Shown piece by piece: positions 37,984-39,557 of a DNA stretch of 39,557 nucleotides (its first letter is position 1; each line of letters opens with the position of its first letter). The notes below the pieces were generated by a model, which saw only the letters and a program-made list of their open reading frames with translations, was not told the origin of the DNA and did not search any database. A program made the translations under genes and the position numbers. The stretch comes from a virus. Lineage: Duplodnaviria; Heunggongvirae; Uroviricota; Caudoviricetes. The DNA lies in IMG/VR virus record IMGVR_UViG_3300029875_000298. One strand, written 5' to 3'.

Positions 37984-38688
37984 CGATGTGCGCCAGCGGA
38001 GTCGTGCGGCTTCGTGGTGAGAACGCCGGAGGGGGAAAGATATTTTCCCTGCGTGAATATTTCCGGTGAGCCGGAGGATTATTTCCGGATGTCGCCGGAG
38101 GACTGGCTGCAGGCAGAAATGCAGGGTGAGATTGTGGCGCTGGTCCACAGCCACCCCGGTGGTCTGCCCTGGCTGAGTGAGGCCGACCGGCGGCTGCAGG
38201 TGCAGAGTGATTTGCCGTGGTGGCTGGTCTGCCGCGGGGCGATTCATAAGTTCCGCTGTGTGCCGCATCTCACCGGGCGGCGCTTTGAGCACGGGGTGAC
38301 GGACTGTTACACGCTGTTCCGGGACGCTTACCATCTGGCGGGAATTGAGATGCCGGATTTTCATCGCGGGGATGACTGGTGGCGTAACGGCCAGAATCTC
38401 TATCTTGACAATATGGAGGCGACTGGTTTTTACCGTGCCGCACTGACAGAGGCGCAGCCGGGCGATGTGCTGCTGTGCTGCTTTGGTTCATCGGTGCCGA
38501 ATCATGCCGCCATTTACTGCGGCGACGGCGAGCTGCTGCACCATATTCCTGAACAACTGAGCAAACGAGAGAGGTATACCGACAAATGGCAGCGACGCAC
38601 ACACTCCCTCTGGCGTCACCGGGCATGGCACGCATCTGCCTTTACGGGGATTTGCAACGATTTGGCCACCGCATCGACCTTCGTGTGA
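37984..38688 (+). CDS. K: tail assembly protein K (lambda gpK-like, JAB/MPN plus NlpC/P60), 5' end lost in the gap
   Basis: Open frame from the gap edge; HSHP...SEAD JAMM-like motif and a Cys-His region (DCYTLF..., HAAIYCGDGELLHH) as in lambda K. Confidence 0.8.
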   Translation, partial: RCAPAESCGFVVRTPEGERYFPCVNISGEPEDYFRMSPEDWLQAEMQGEIVALVHSHPGGLPWLSEADRRLQVQSDLPWWLVCRGAIHKFRCVPHLTGRRFEHGVTDCYTLFRDAYHLAGIEMPDFHRGDDWWRNGQNLYLDNMEATGFYRAALTEAQPGDVLLCCFGSSVPNHAAIYCGDGELLHHIPEQLSKRERYTDKWQRRTHSLWRHRAWHASAFTGICNDLATASTFV

Positions 38689-39233
38689 AAACGGGAGCCG
38701 AAGCTATCCGGGCGCTGGCCACGCAGCTCCCGGCGTTTCGTCAGAAACTGAATGAGGGCTGGTATCAGGTGCGCATTGCCGGGCGTGATGCAGGCGAAAA
38801 CGAATTATCTGCCCGTCTTAATGAGCCGCTGGCAAATGGTGCCGTGATCCACATCGTACCGCGTCTGGCGGGTGCCAAAAGTGGCGGTGTTTTTCAGGCA
38901 GTGCTGGGGGCTGCGCTGATTGCGGTGGCATGGTGGAACCCTGTGGGCTGGCTGGGTGCCGCGGCTGTATCGGGTATGTATGCGGCAGGGGCCAGTATGA
39001 TCCTGGGCGGTGTGGCGCAGATGCTGGCACCGAAAGCCAGAACTCCCCGCACACAGACAACGGATAACGGTAAGCAGAACACGTATTTCTCCTCACTGGA
39101 TAACATGGTCGCCCAGGGGAATGTTCTGCCCGTTCTGTACGGTGAAATGCGCGTGGGGTCACGCGTGGTTTCTCAGGAGATCAGCACGGCAGACGAAGGG
39201 GATGGTGGTGAAATCGTGGTGATTGGTCGCTGA
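38586..39233 (+). CDS. I: tail assembly protein I (lambda gpI-like), 215 aa
   Basis: MAATHTLPLASPGMARICLYGDLQRFG... matches remembered lambda I; overlaps the K 3' end as in lambda. Confidence 0.85.
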   Translation: MAATHTLPLASPGMARICLYGDLQRFGHRIDLRVKTGAEAIRALATQLPAFRQKLNEGWYQVRIAGRDAGENELSARLNEPLANGAVIHIVPRLAGAKSGGVFQAVLGAALIAVAWWNPVGWLGAAAVSGMYAAGASMILGGVAQMLAPKARTPRTQTTDNGKQNTYFSSLDNMVAQGNVLPVLYGEMRVGSRVVSQEISTADEGDGGEIVVIGR

Positions 39234-39251
39234 TGTAACATGTTTTATGTG

Positions 39252-39278
39252 AAACCGCCTGCGGGCGGTTTTGTCGTT
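39252..39278 (+). terminator. terminator-like hairpin between I and J
   Basis: AAACCGCC-TGCG-GGCGGTTT hairpin followed by TGTCGTTT. Confidence 0.4.
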
Positions 39279-39293
39279 TATGGAGCATGAGGT

Positions 39294-39557
39294 ATGGGTA
39301 AAGGTAGCAGTAAGGGGCATACCCCGCGCGAAGCGAAGGACAACCTGAAATCCACGCAGTTGCTGAGTGTGATCGATGTCATCAGCGAAGGGCCGATTGA
39401 AGGTCCGGTGGATGGGTTAAAAAGCGTGCTGCTGAACAGTACGCCGGTGCTGGACAGTGAGGGGAATACCAATATCTCCGGTGTCACGGTGGTGTTCCGG
39501 GCAGGTGAGCAGGAGCAGACTCCGCCGGAGGGGTTTGAATCCTCCGGCTCCGAGACG
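39294..39557 (+). CDS. J: host specificity protein J (lambda gpJ-like), N-terminal 88 codons only; continues beyond the window
   Basis: Hand translation MGKGSSKGHTPREAKDNLKSTQLLSVIDVISEGPIEGPVDGLKSVLLNSTPVLDSEGNTNISGVTVVFRAGEQEQTPPEGFESSGSET matches remembered lambda J N-terminus; this frame is absent from the ORF track because it has no stop within the window. Confidence 0.85.
   Translation, partial: MGKGSSKGHTPREAKDNLKSTQLLSVIDVISEGPIEGPVDGLKSVLLNSTPVLDSEGNTNISGVTVVFRAGEQEQTPPEGFESSGSET

Overview
The window is a Rac-like lambdoid prophage of Escherichia/Shigella type, running from the integrase stop codon (position 1) to the start of the tail host-specificity gene J (truncated at 39557). 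Gene identities rest on my reading of the translated ORFs and recollection of E. coli K-12 Rac, phage 21 and lambda proteins; no database search was run. Order: int/xis, ydaC, ralR (Lar), a Bet-like annealing protein plus RecE, racC, ydaE, kilR, sieB, ydaF/ydaG, a racR-like repressor divergent from ydaS/ydaT, replication genes ydaU/ydaV, four small unassigned ORFs, then an AT-rich accessory island (about 12.9-15.1 kb). After that come nin-region genes and a Q-like antiterminator, a tRNA-Thr/tRNA-Gly pair, the phage-21-type lysis cassette, trkG, a ParB-like protein with a glycosyltransferase-like partner, terminase, head genes and lambda-type tail genes G/GT, H, M, L, K, I, J. A 90-nt run of N (37894-37983) interrupts L and K. 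The most interesting candidate is in the accessory island: a minus-strand two-gene cassette (a 294-aa soluble protein and a 153-aa four-helix membrane protein) with its own sigma70-like promoter, which I could not assign to any family. It sits next to an apparently intact hok/mok/sok-type toxin locus and may be an uncharacterised superinfection-exclusion or abortive-infection module.
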